From: a virus
Lineage: Duplodnaviria; Caudoviricetes
Direction: 5' to 3' (one strand)
DNA: 64,000 nucleotides
Virus record (IMG/VR): IMGVR_UViG_3300011116_001227
Part shown: piece by piece, positions 48,712-57,996 of the stretch
Numbering within the stretch: the stretch's first letter is position 1
How the letters are laid out: each line of letters starts with the position of its first letter
Notes under the pieces: generated by a model
Seen by the model: the letters and a program-made list of their open reading frames with translations, nothing else
Database searches by the model: none
What the model was told of the DNA's origin: nothing
Translations under genes and position numbers: made by a program

Positions 48712-49581
48712 ATGCCTAAAAAGACGATTAAAAAGAAGACCAAAAGAATCTCAAAGAAGGCTGCTTCAAGAGAGACTAAATCTCAACAAGTTGTTGAAGT
48801 TGATGTAGATCAATACATTGAAGATCAAGTTGTTGCTGAAGATGAAAAAATTGGACTTCTTGACAATGAAATTGTCACAAGTAAGAAAGAAGAAAAAACA
48901 AATCTTAAGCTTTACTTTAATGAAGACACGCATAAAGCAATTGTTCAATTTCAGTCAGAACCTCTGAAGAAAGACAGAGATAATCTTTACGTCGAAAAGA
49001 TAATGCCTGCATTTGAAAAGCTCGTAGAAAATTTAATCAATATCTACAAGTTTACCAGTATGCATGACACATATGAAGACTTGAAGGTCGACTGTGTTAA
49101 TTTTCTTTTTGAAACTATTCATAAATTTGACGAAACAAGAGGAACAAATGCTTTCTCTTACTTCAATGTTGTCGCAAAAAATTGGCTTATCATCAAGACG
49201 AAGCAAAAAGCCCAGAAAATGAAGCGTCTTGTGAGTCTCGACGATCCTGACAGCTTGTCGTCTTACGAGACTTGCTTAATAGATGAACACAATTACATAC
49301 CGTTTAAAGACGGAAACACTGAATTTAGCAATAGAAATGATATCGTAAATATGCTTTATGATATTAGAACTAAAGTAAAGTCAGAGAATGAATTGTCTTG
49401 CATCAATTCTGTCATCACTATATTTGAGAACATTGACGATATAGATTTGTTAAACAAGAGTGCTGTGTTGCTCTATATGAGAGAGTTATCTGGTCTTACT
49501 CCTAAGCAGATGACTACGACAATGCAAGCAATAAAGGGATACTATAAAAAGTTAAAGGTAGAATCTGCAAGATCTCAATAA
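48712..49581 (+). CDS. Divergent phage sigma-factor-like protein
   Basis: EKLVENLI...DCVNFLFETIHKFDETRGTNAFSYFNVVAKNWL resembles sigma region 2. Confidence 0.55.
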   Translation: MPKKTIKKKTKRISKKAASRETKSQQVVEVDVDQYIEDQVVAEDEKIGLLDNEIVTSKKEEKTNLKLYFNEDTHKAIVQFQSEPLKKDRDNLYVEKIMPAFEKLVENLINIYKFTSMHDTYEDLKVDCVNFLFETIHKFDETRGTNAFSYFNVVAKNWLIIKTKQKAQKMKRLVSLDDPDSLSSYETCLIDEHNYIPFKDGNTEFSNRNDIVNMLYDIRTKVKSENELSCINSVITIFENIDDIDLLNKSAVLLYMRELSGLTPKQMTTTMQAIKGYYKKLKVESARSQ

Positions 49582-49589
49582 TTCATTTT

Positions 49590-49943
49590 ATGAAATCTAT
49601 AGAAACAGCAGAATTAATCTTAGAAAAGAAAGTCAAAGATTTTTCAGAACTCTTGGACCAAATTGACGGTGTTTCTGACAAGAAAAAGAAACTTTGGCGA
49701 GAAATTTATGAGAATTCTATCGCTGATAGACAAAATGCGTACGTGTTATTTTCTTCGCTTGTCAAGATTGTAGAGAATGACAGCACAGAACACGCTGTTC
49801 ATGGAAAGACTCTCTCTACTTACATTGAGAGAATGAGCAAAGCAAATGATCAATTAATTCGTCTTGCGGAGCTAGTAGCAAAAGCTGAATCTTCTAGCGA
49901 TGAAATTGATCCCGAGGAGATGTTTAAGAGAATAGGAAACTAA
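49590..49943 (+). CDS. Hypothetical helical protein
   Basis: ORF in operon-like spacing. Confidence 0.55.
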   Translation: MKSIETAELILEKKVKDFSELLDQIDGVSDKKKKLWREIYENSIADRQNAYVLFSSLVKIVENDSTEHAVHGKTLSTYIERMSKANDQLIRLAELVAKAESSSDEIDPEEMFKRIGN

Positions 49944-49949
49944 TTTTAA

Positions 49950-51485
49950 ATGACTGATCTTTTAGATACACCGAATATTCTTTCTCTAATGGCAGAGGGC
50001 AAGGCTGCTAGCGGTGCAGTCTATGCTTCTCCTATCACGCCAAATCCAACATTTAGAAGAATGGTCGTAATTGAAGTAGTTCTAGATCCAGATCCTAGCT
50101 ATGTAACGCCAAACAAGATAGAATACTGGAAAAATGTGCTTGGCGTTTCTAATTCAAAATACGCAGGAATACTTCCTAGAAACACAATTATTGCACAATT
50201 TGCTTACAGCAATATTCCTCCCATGTTTGTGTTTCCTTTCTTTCCTTCACATCTTTCACTTCCTTGTAAAGCTGGAGAATGTGTTTGGGCGGTCATAGAA
50301 GATCCAAACAGCAATACACTTGACATGGCTTATTGGATGTGCAGAATAACAGAACCTCACAATGCTGACGATGTTAATCACACTCACGCACCCAGAGCTT
50401 ACGATCCTGACTTCTCTGGCGTTGATAAAGTTTCAAAGAGAGAAAGAGAATTAAACGACGGAAGACTTGATCCTCGTTACGAACTAAGAAATGGCGTAGT
50501 AACTTACGACGGAGACTTAAGAAAAAGCAGCAACAATAAACGTCTAATCGTCAATACAGACCAAGAAGATATTTTTGAATCATTGACGACATTTTCAGAC
50601 GCGTCTTTTGTGACGCAATACGAAGCTGTACCAAGATTTAAAAAGAGGCCGGGCGACGTCGTCTTAGAAGGATCTAATAATTCCTTAATTGTTTTAGGCA
50701 CTGATAGAGTGTCAGGAAGTTATCAACTCGATCAAAATAAAATAGAACGTCAAGGAAATCCAGGCCCTAGACCACTGATTCCTCAAACTGATATGCAATT
50801 TGATGCAGGGTCGATTGACATTGTTGTCGGCAGGGGACAGACAAAAGAAACATTTGGAAGTCAAGCAACAACTACTTCGATCAATGGAGCATCAGTAAAC
50901 AAAAAAGGACATTCTCTAAGAAATGAATTAGCAAAATCTGAAGATTCAATAGCACTAGGAGAAGGAGATCCAGATCTCATTAACGATAGAAGCAGAATTC
51001 AAATTTCTCAAAAAACTTCTGTTGATTCTAATTTTGGTCTAGACGTATTTAATCACACAGAGTTTAATATTTCAGACAGCGTAGACGGAGATTCTGCAAT
51101 AGTCGTAAAAACTGATAAATTAAGATTAATAGCCAGGTCTGATATTCAAATTATTGTCAAGGGATTTAAAGAAAAAACAAATGCCAAAGGTCAGACGATA
51201 AAAGACGAATATCAGGACGACGACGATGATAAATTTGCTGCAATAGTAATTAAATCAAATGGTGACATCGTCCTCAAGCCGTCAGAAGAAGGCTTCATTA
51301 AATTAGGCGACGACGAAGCAGATCGTGCTTTGTTGTGCACAGACACAGCAGCAGTTCTACTCAATGGATCAGTCAGCCCAGCAACTCCTGCACTAAGCAA
51401 TACGATGGGCGGAAGATTTGGTGGAACGGGAATTGCTACACAAGGAACTTGGGCAAGCAAAGTTTTAGTGACAGGAGCAAGATGA
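49950..51485 (+). CDS. Putative baseplate hub/spike (gp5-like) protein
   Basis: OB-fold-like N-terminus (FVFP...PCKAGECVW), RPGDVVLEG, beta-rich C-terminus; upstream of gp25/gp6 genes. Confidence 0.45.
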   Translation: MTDLLDTPNILSLMAEGKAASGAVYASPITPNPTFRRMVVIEVVLDPDPSYVTPNKIEYWKNVLGVSNSKYAGILPRNTIIAQFAYSNIPPMFVFPFFPSHLSLPCKAGECVWAVIEDPNSNTLDMAYWMCRITEPHNADDVNHTHAPRAYDPDFSGVDKVSKRERELNDGRLDPRYELRNGVVTYDGDLRKSSNNKRLIVNTDQEDIFESLTTFSDASFVTQYEAVPRFKKRPGDVVLEGSNNSLIVLGTDRVSGSYQLDQNKIERQGNPGPRPLIPQTDMQFDAGSIDIVVGRGQTKETFGSQATTTSINGASVNKKGHSLRNELAKSEDSIALGEGDPDLINDRSRIQISQKTSVDSNFGLDVFNHTEFNISDSVDGDSAIVVKTDKLRLIARSDIQIIVKGFKEKTNAKGQTIKDEYQDDDDDKFAAIVIKSNGDIVLKPSEEGFIKLGDDEADRALLCTDTAAVLLNGSVSPATPALSNTMGGRFGGTGIATQGTWASKVLVTGAR

Positions 51486-51488
51486 CTC

Positions 51489-54071
51489 GTGCCAGGTGTA
51501 GCTGAAAATTTAAAAGTCATCAAAGGCGGCAAATTTACAGAAGAAGGCAAAAAAGCTGTCTTGCAAAGAATTAGAAATGTCTTAACAAAAGGCGCGGAAG
51601 GTCTACCCTTTCCGTGCGACTCAGGAAAAAATACAAAAAAAGTTCCTGCAGATCAAGGTCTACCAGACGACATAGAAGATGAACAAAAATATCCAGAGTT
51701 TTGGAGAGACATCATCGGTTCATATGAAGGAATTGCCAACGCTCTAAATATACAGGGCAATCACTCGCTTCCTCCTCCATTTGTTGATCCATTTGCTCTT
51801 GCTTCAAAATTAGGAAAATATGAGCAAGATCCAAATTTTAAATTAGACTTCGACATACTCAAGTTACCGACTCTGACTCCTGCGACGCTAGCCATTCTCA
51901 TGGATGTCAATCCAATAGATCTTCTTTCAAAATTTGCACTTCCGCCAACTGACAAAGACGCAATAATAAAAATACCAAAGCTACCTCCGTTCGACATAAA
52001 ACCACCAGTATTAAATCCTGAAATTAATGCCCTATTTCCACTGCCAGGATTTGAAGCGTCTTTTTTATTAAAGCCTTTTGCAGATAAATTTGAATACGAT
52101 TTCTGGAAAGACCCAAGCATCGGTATTCCCAAGGTCTTCTTGAGTATCTTCAATACAATTCTTAGTAAACCTGCACTTCTTTTTAAATTAATTGCACCAA
52201 AACCAGATCTTTGTTTTGCCATAGATGCTGTAGTCAATTCTAAAATGTTCGGAACGACTGAGCCTGGTGCTGTGGCAAAATCAGCAATAATTCAAGATCA
52301 AGCTGCTTACGCAGGATCTTTTATAGCAGTTGGTGCAACAGCGCTTGCAATCGGAGACGGAGGGCAAGACGGAGCGACAGGTCTTTTAGCTAGAGAATCA
52401 AAAATTATTATTGTAAATGCTCCTCAGCCATCTGGATTTGAGTCGGGCGTCAGGCCTAAAATGGTCAATAGAGTTGTCAAAGCTTTCTTAGGCTCTACAG
52501 AACACAGAGATAATGAAAAACAGTGGGGTAATTTGTCTCTTGATTTTCCCGGATATGGTTTTCCCCACTATGCAGTCGACTCGAGTTATATTCCTGGAGT
52601 AGTTCCAACAATTGGATCAGGCGGCGGCGTTGTTACTTCTTGCGGTCTTCTTCCAGCTCAATGTCTTGACGTTATGCTCGGTTTAGGAAAAAATGGTGTT
52701 CCAAACGAAAAAGGAGATAAAAAATTTGATAAAAATATTCAGGATATATCGGGAATTAACGCTGCTGATAATTTTAAAACAAACTATGTCGACTTAAGTG
52801 GACGACCGACAGATACAAAAAGTCTTCCTGCTCCTCTGGGCAGAGCACAAGAATTAATAAAGAAGGTTCAAGAAGTTAGCATCAACGAATACGCATTCCC
52901 GCCATCCACGAAGACAGAAATAGAAAGAGTGTTGAGCATTCCTACTCTCACGCCGAAGTATGTTGCAAAAGGTCCGATTGGAACTCTTTTGTGGGGAAAA
53001 TATCTAAGAGCATACATGCCTTCAGGCGGAAGAGACCCGAAACCAGGAGATATCTACTTTGTCGGTGATGCAAACGGGGGAATTACACACGTAGGAATAA
53101 TCATAAAAGTTGAACCTCCACCCAATGATCAAAGCTTTGGAAAAATAATTACAGCAGACGCTGGGCAAGGAGCAGCAGGTCAAAAAGGTAATGCAGACAA
53201 AAGACAAGCGGCACTTAATAACGCACTTAGTGATAGCAAAGCACCTAAAGGACCTGTTAATGCAGGTAATTACGATGCTTGGGAAAGATTGTTATCTTTT
53301 CCTAATGATCCCAAAGCGCTTGCTGATATTAACGGAGTTGTTTACGACGAGGACAGCGGAAAATTTTTAAAGAAGCTTCCTTCAGGCCCCGAAGCCGGCC
53401 AAGGTAATCCGTACGCACCCGTGAGCCTTTCCGTACCTTCGCCGGACCAACAGAAGCTTGCCCAATCTCAGATAGAAGCAGCAAATAATGACCCAGAAGT
53501 TAAAAAGTATTCCGCACGAGGATCACAGCAACAGTCTTGTTATTCTGTTAAAAATTGGTACAGAGGTAATTCAAATGAACCAGGAAGTGCATGGATGATT
53601 GGAGATTTTGGTGAAGGCGCAAATAATGTATTAAATACATTTAGTTCAGCTATCTCTGATCAATCTGAAGCAAAAAATAAACAGATTCTTAAAAATTTAA
53701 AAAACAATTCTGATTTAAAGACTGTGTTGAGATCAATTAATGGGTGGATTGATTTAGAGATGGCAATGGATAACATTAACGCTTGCGTTGCTGTCACTCC
53801 CTACGACGGCAATCCACCACAATTTTTAGAATATTTTAATACTTGGCTGGAAGCTGCATATGAGAATATGGGAAAAATAACAGCTGCAACGCAAGCTGTG
53901 CTTGGTCCACATTTTATTTTTGACGAGAGCAGAAAGACATCTAAATTTATCAACAGTAATAATAAAGATGAGAAGCAGCTTGGAGATGTCATTCGTATTT
54001 CAAACACTGACGAAGTTGAAGATAGATTTAATTTAATTAAAGACGTTCGTGCTTTCAAGAAAAACTTTTAA
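51489..54071 (+). CDS. Large baseplate-associated protein with candidate CHAP/NlpC-P60-like hydrolase domain
   Basis: Pro-rich N-half; TSCG ... PKPGDIYFVG...ITHVGIII. Confidence 0.5.
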   Translation: MPGVAENLKVIKGGKFTEEGKKAVLQRIRNVLTKGAEGLPFPCDSGKNTKKVPADQGLPDDIEDEQKYPEFWRDIIGSYEGIANALNIQGNHSLPPPFVDPFALASKLGKYEQDPNFKLDFDILKLPTLTPATLAILMDVNPIDLLSKFALPPTDKDAIIKIPKLPPFDIKPPVLNPEINALFPLPGFEASFLLKPFADKFEYDFWKDPSIGIPKVFLSIFNTILSKPALLFKLIAPKPDLCFAIDAVVNSKMFGTTEPGAVAKSAIIQDQAAYAGSFIAVGATALAIGDGGQDGATGLLARESKIIIVNAPQPSGFESGVRPKMVNRVVKAFLGSTEHRDNEKQWGNLSLDFPGYGFPHYAVDSSYIPGVVPTIGSGGGVVTSCGLLPAQCLDVMLGLGKNGVPNEKGDKKFDKNIQDISGINAADNFKTNYVDLSGRPTDTKSLPAPLGRAQELIKKVQEVSINEYAFPPSTKTEIERVLSIPTLTPKYVAKGPIGTLLWGKYLRAYMPSGGRDPKPGDIYFVGDANGGITHVGIIIKVEPPPNDQSFGKIITADAGQGAAGQKGNADKRQAALNNALSDSKAPKGPVNAGNYDAWERLLSFPNDPKALADINGVVYDEDSGKFLKKLPSGPEAGQGNPYAPVSLSVPSPDQQKLAQSQIEAANNDPEVKKYSARGSQQQSCYSVKNWYRGNSNEPGSAWMIGDFGEGANNVLNTFSSAISDQSEAKNKQILKNLKNNSDLKTVLRSINGWIDLEMAMDNINACVAVTPYDGNPPQFLEYFNTWLEAAYENMGKITAATQAVLGPHFIFDESRKTSKFINSNNKDEKQLGDVIRISNTDEVEDRFNLIKDVRAFKKNF

Positions 54072-54113
54072 AAGTTAGTAGAAGCATAATTTTGATGAGT
54101 TTATAATTAGACT

Positions 54114-54584
54114 GTGGCGACTTATAGCTTTAAAAGCAGCGGAAAGACACCTCAGCAGCAAGCTCTTGAAACGCTGAATACTTCTAAAATTCCTTTTGGA
54201 ATAAAGACACCGATGGCGTTAGCGGGCGCCGGCGAAGGACTTCTTGCGATGAACTACAGCATTGCAGACCAGTTTGCTGACAATTTGAGAAATCTTTTGC
54301 TCACCAACTGGGGCGAGAGATTAGGTCATTATCAATTTGGTGCAAATCTTCGTCCGTTGACTACAGAATTTGCAAGCCAAGAAAATTTTGACAATCAGGC
54401 TATAGAGAGAATTAGAAATGCTGTGAATGAGTGGATGCCGTTCGTGACTTTAGGAACGTTTGAGTCTTCTGTGGACAGAACAGAGAACAAGAACACCGCT
54501 GTCATCTTAATAAAGATAACTTACAGTATTCCCGCTATTGAAGTCATAGATAGAGCTCTACAAATTGTTTTATACGTAATATAA
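54114..54584 (+). CDS. gp25-like baseplate wedge protein
   Basis: DNLRNLLLTNWGER...FGANL...WMPFV. Confidence 0.85.
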   Translation: MATYSFKSSGKTPQQQALETLNTSKIPFGIKTPMALAGAGEGLLAMNYSIADQFADNLRNLLLTNWGERLGHYQFGANLRPLTTEFASQENFDNQAIERIRNAVNEWMPFVTLGTFESSVDRTENKNTAVILIKITYSIPAIEVIDRALQIVLYVI

Positions 54585-54629
54585 TGAAGTTCTACTTATT
54601 GTCAATACAGGAAGAGGCAGAAAACTGAG

Positions 54630-56492
54630 ATGGCGTTAATAGACAACAAGCAAGTTTTAAAATCAGTTCGTCAAAGAAGTTATCTGGCAAGAGACTTTGA
54701 TAGCTTTCGAACTGTTTTGCTCGAGTACGCTAGACAGTATTATCCTGATAAAATTCAAGATTTTTCTGAAGCGTCGCTTGGAGGTCTCTTTCTTGACATG
54801 GCTGCTTATGTGGGAGACAATCTCTCGTTTTATCTCGACCACCTGTATGGAGAACTTAATTTCGATACAGTAGTAGAGACAGCGAATATTGAAAGAACTA
54901 TTCGAAGTGCAGGAATTCAAATATCTGGCGCATCTCCATCTCTCATCACGTTAGAATTCTACATAGAGGTTCCCGTGTTGAGCTCTTCAGATCTTAGACC
55001 TGATCCTGCGCTCCTTCCCACGATAAAATCAAATGCAGTTTTTACTTCTGACAATGGTACGACATTTACTTTGATTGACGATGTTAATTTTTGGCAGCTG
55101 AATGAAGAAACTCAAGAATTAGAGCTCAATCAGAACGTTGTAGAGACAAATGGAAGAAGAGTCGGCGGAAGCATTATAACAAAAATCTTAAAGGCATCAG
55201 GAATCTGCACATCAGGAGTACAGACAACTGAGTCTGTTCAAGTCGGAGACTTCATTCCATTTAGAAGAATTAATCTGACACACGCAGACGTAACGAGTAT
55301 TATTTCTGTGACTGACCAAAAAGGAAATATTTACTACGAAGTTGACAATCTAAGTCACGATGTTGTCTATAAGAATACGCTTAATACTACTGAAAAAGAT
55401 AGTTTAGTCAAAGACTCATTAAAAGTTATTCCTGCTCCTTACAGATACGTGAAAGAGACGTCTCTAGACACAAGAAAAACAGTTCTGATATTTGGAGGTG
55501 GAACTGCAGATTCTCTTGACGACGATGCGATTCCTGATCCTTCAGAATTTGCAATTCCGCTGAGATATACGCAAACATTCTCTAGAAAATCTGTTAATCC
55601 TCAACGTTTGCTTCAGACTTCTACACTCGGCGTCGCAGCAGCAAACACAACGCTGTCAGTCACTTACAGATACGGCGGCGGTCTGATGCACAATGTGCCT
55701 GTGGGCAGTGTTAGAAGCATTCAGACGGTTGAGTTATTTTTCCCATCAAATCCTTTGAATTCTCAACAGAATCAAATAAGAAATGGTTTAGAAGCTTATA
55801 ACTCTACAGCAGGTTCTGGCGGTGAAGATGCACCTTCTACACAAGAGTTGCTGGCCCTCGTTCCAGCGATTAAAAGTTCACAGGAGAGAATTGTCACAAA
55901 AGAAGATCTTCTTGCAAGAGTTTATACGATGCCTTCAAACTTTGGAAGAGTGTTTAGAGCATCTGTGTCAAATAACACAAGAAATCCTCTTGCTTCAATT
56001 CTTCATGTAATATCACGTTCACCATCGGGATCTCTGATAGTTTCTCCAGATGCTTTGAAGATCAATTTAAAACGCTATCTCAATTCTTATAGAATGATTT
56101 CAGACGCGATTGATATTCTTGATGCCGAAGTGATTAATTTAGAATTATATTTTGAGATTGTAGTAGATCCTTCGTATAACAAGTCGACAGTCTTAAAGAA
56201 CACAATAAGCGCTCTTCAAAATCAATTTAACATTAAAAACTTTCATATAAATCAGCCAATAGTTAAATCAGATATTAATAGCACAATTTTCTCTCAGCAA
56301 GGAATTGTGTCTGTCAATTCAATTACAGTTAGAAATTTATATGGAACAGTAAAGAATAGAGTTTACTCTTCTACGGTTTTTGATGTTAAGAGCAACACTA
56401 GAAACCAAATAATTTATCCTCCGCAGGGAGGAATATTCGAGATCAAGTATCCAGACATCAATATCATAGGCAAAGCGGTGTCAAATGTATAG
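54630..56492 (+). CDS. gp6/baseplate-J-like wedge protein
   Basis: YLARDFDSFR, DFSEASLGG, AAYVGD, VTYRYGGG, GGED, RIVTKED. Confidence 0.85.
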   Translation: MALIDNKQVLKSVRQRSYLARDFDSFRTVLLEYARQYYPDKIQDFSEASLGGLFLDMAAYVGDNLSFYLDHLYGELNFDTVVETANIERTIRSAGIQISGASPSLITLEFYIEVPVLSSSDLRPDPALLPTIKSNAVFTSDNGTTFTLIDDVNFWQLNEETQELELNQNVVETNGRRVGGSIITKILKASGICTSGVQTTESVQVGDFIPFRRINLTHADVTSIISVTDQKGNIYYEVDNLSHDVVYKNTLNTTEKDSLVKDSLKVIPAPYRYVKETSLDTRKTVLIFGGGTADSLDDDAIPDPSEFAIPLRYTQTFSRKSVNPQRLLQTSTLGVAAANTTLSVTYRYGGGLMHNVPVGSVRSIQTVELFFPSNPLNSQQNQIRNGLEAYNSTAGSGGEDAPSTQELLALVPAIKSSQERIVTKEDLLARVYTMPSNFGRVFRASVSNNTRNPLASILHVISRSPSGSLIVSPDALKINLKRYLNSYRMISDAIDILDAEVINLELYFEIVVDPSYNKSTVLKNTISALQNQFNIKNFHINQPIVKSDINSTIFSQQGIVSVNSITVRNLYGTVKNRVYSSTVFDVKSNTRNQIIYPPQGGIFEIKYPDINIIGKAVSNV

Positions 56493-57975
56493 AAAGTTAA
56501 AAGCTGATAAAGACGCTTATATTACTAATAAAGTCGTCGGTGCAAAGTCAAAAGTATCGGGAAACGTAGGTTTAGCTGGAACTTTAGATCTTTTTAAATT
56601 GCACGGAATTGCTCCTGAGTCGTCGGGTGTAACAGACGAAATTTCTAGACTTCTTGTTCACTTCGATCTGCAACCGCTTAGAGATCTTGTTTTTTCAAGA
56701 AGCATTGACATTAATTCCAATTCTTTCTTCTGCAAACTTTCACTCAAAGATGTTTATGGTGGACAACCTACACCTCAAAATTTTGGCGTAAGTGTCTTCC
56801 CGCTTTCTTCATCTTTTGAAGAAGGTCTTGGAAAAGATCTTGTGTATTACTCTGATGTAGATGCAACAAATTGGTTGTCTTCTTCTAGAGGTCAACTTTG
56901 GGGATCTGAAGGTTGTAATCTGGCGTGTTTTGCCACGGGATCAGGCGACTACATTACAAGTTCTTTGTCTATTGGATCGACAGAAATAACTCAACTATTT
57001 CCAGTTGGAACAGAAGATCTTCTAATTGACGTTACGACTATCGTTTCTGCTACTTTGAAGGGAGAGATTCCCGATAGAGGATACAGAATTTCTTTCTCTA
57101 GTGATATCGAGAACAACGATAACACATATTTCGTAAAGAGATTTGGAAGCAGACATGCTTACGACGAGACAAAAAGACCAGCGCTTGTATTTGGATTTGA
57201 CGATTCAATTACAGACGACACACAGAATTTGACTTTTGATTCCGATTGCAAGATCAATTTATACAACTATATCGGCGGAAATCTAATCAATCTTGTTTCA
57301 GGAAACACGACTCTAACTGGTAGCAATTGTGTTGCATTAAAACTTGTGACTGAAACCGGAAATTATGCGATTAGCTTTTCAGGATCACAATTCACACTTG
57401 GGTCAAATCCCGTCGACGGTGTCTATAAAGCTACAGTTAATATTCCTTCAAATAACGCAGTAATTGCTGCAAGAATTGCTGAATCAGGATCAGTTAAATT
57501 TACGCCTGTTTGGACAACAACAAATTCATCTTATGCTTTCGTAACAGGCAGCAAGGTTGAAGTTAAAAAGCCAATCAGAACATCAGCATCAAATAAGAAA
57601 AAATTCTACCGAGTTAATATATCGGGAATTAGTGAGAATTATTCTGAGGGCCAAGACGTATCAGCAAGAGTGGTTATATTCGACGACAACGATCCTTATG
57701 TAAAGCTTGTCAAGTCTCCCGTCAATCTTGATGGAATTGTTCTCAACAATGTCTACTACTCTGTCAGAGAAATTGATTCTGGCGTGACAGCAATTCCTTT
57801 TGATGATGTTAAAGGATCTACTCGAGTCTCCAGCGATTCTGAGGGAATGTTCTTCGTTTTCAGCTCTGACGCCTTGGACTTGGGAAGATCTTACGTTATC
57901 GACATAATGATCAAAATAAATGGCGTTACAAATATCTACAAGAACGCTTCATCAATCTTTAGAGTAGCACAATAA
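56485..57975 (+). CDS. Baseplate-associated structural protein
   Basis: ADKDAYITN, SRLLVHFDL, RPALVF; follows gp6-like gene. Confidence 0.5.
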   Translation: MYRKLKADKDAYITNKVVGAKSKVSGNVGLAGTLDLFKLHGIAPESSGVTDEISRLLVHFDLQPLRDLVFSRSIDINSNSFFCKLSLKDVYGGQPTPQNFGVSVFPLSSSFEEGLGKDLVYYSDVDATNWLSSSRGQLWGSEGCNLACFATGSGDYITSSLSIGSTEITQLFPVGTEDLLIDVTTIVSATLKGEIPDRGYRISFSSDIENNDNTYFVKRFGSRHAYDETKRPALVFGFDDSITDDTQNLTFDSDCKINLYNYIGGNLINLVSGNTTLTGSNCVALKLVTETGNYAISFSGSQFTLGSNPVDGVYKATVNIPSNNAVIAARIAESGSVKFTPVWTTTNSSYAFVTGSKVEVKKPIRTSASNKKKFYRVNISGISENYSEGQDVSARVVIFDDNDPYVKLVKSPVNLDGIVLNNVYYSVREIDSGVTAIPFDDVKGSTRVSSDSEGMFFVFSSDALDLGRSYVIDIMIKINGVTNIYKNASSIFRVAQ

Positions 57976-57996
57976 CACTTTTGGCGGACTAATCAA

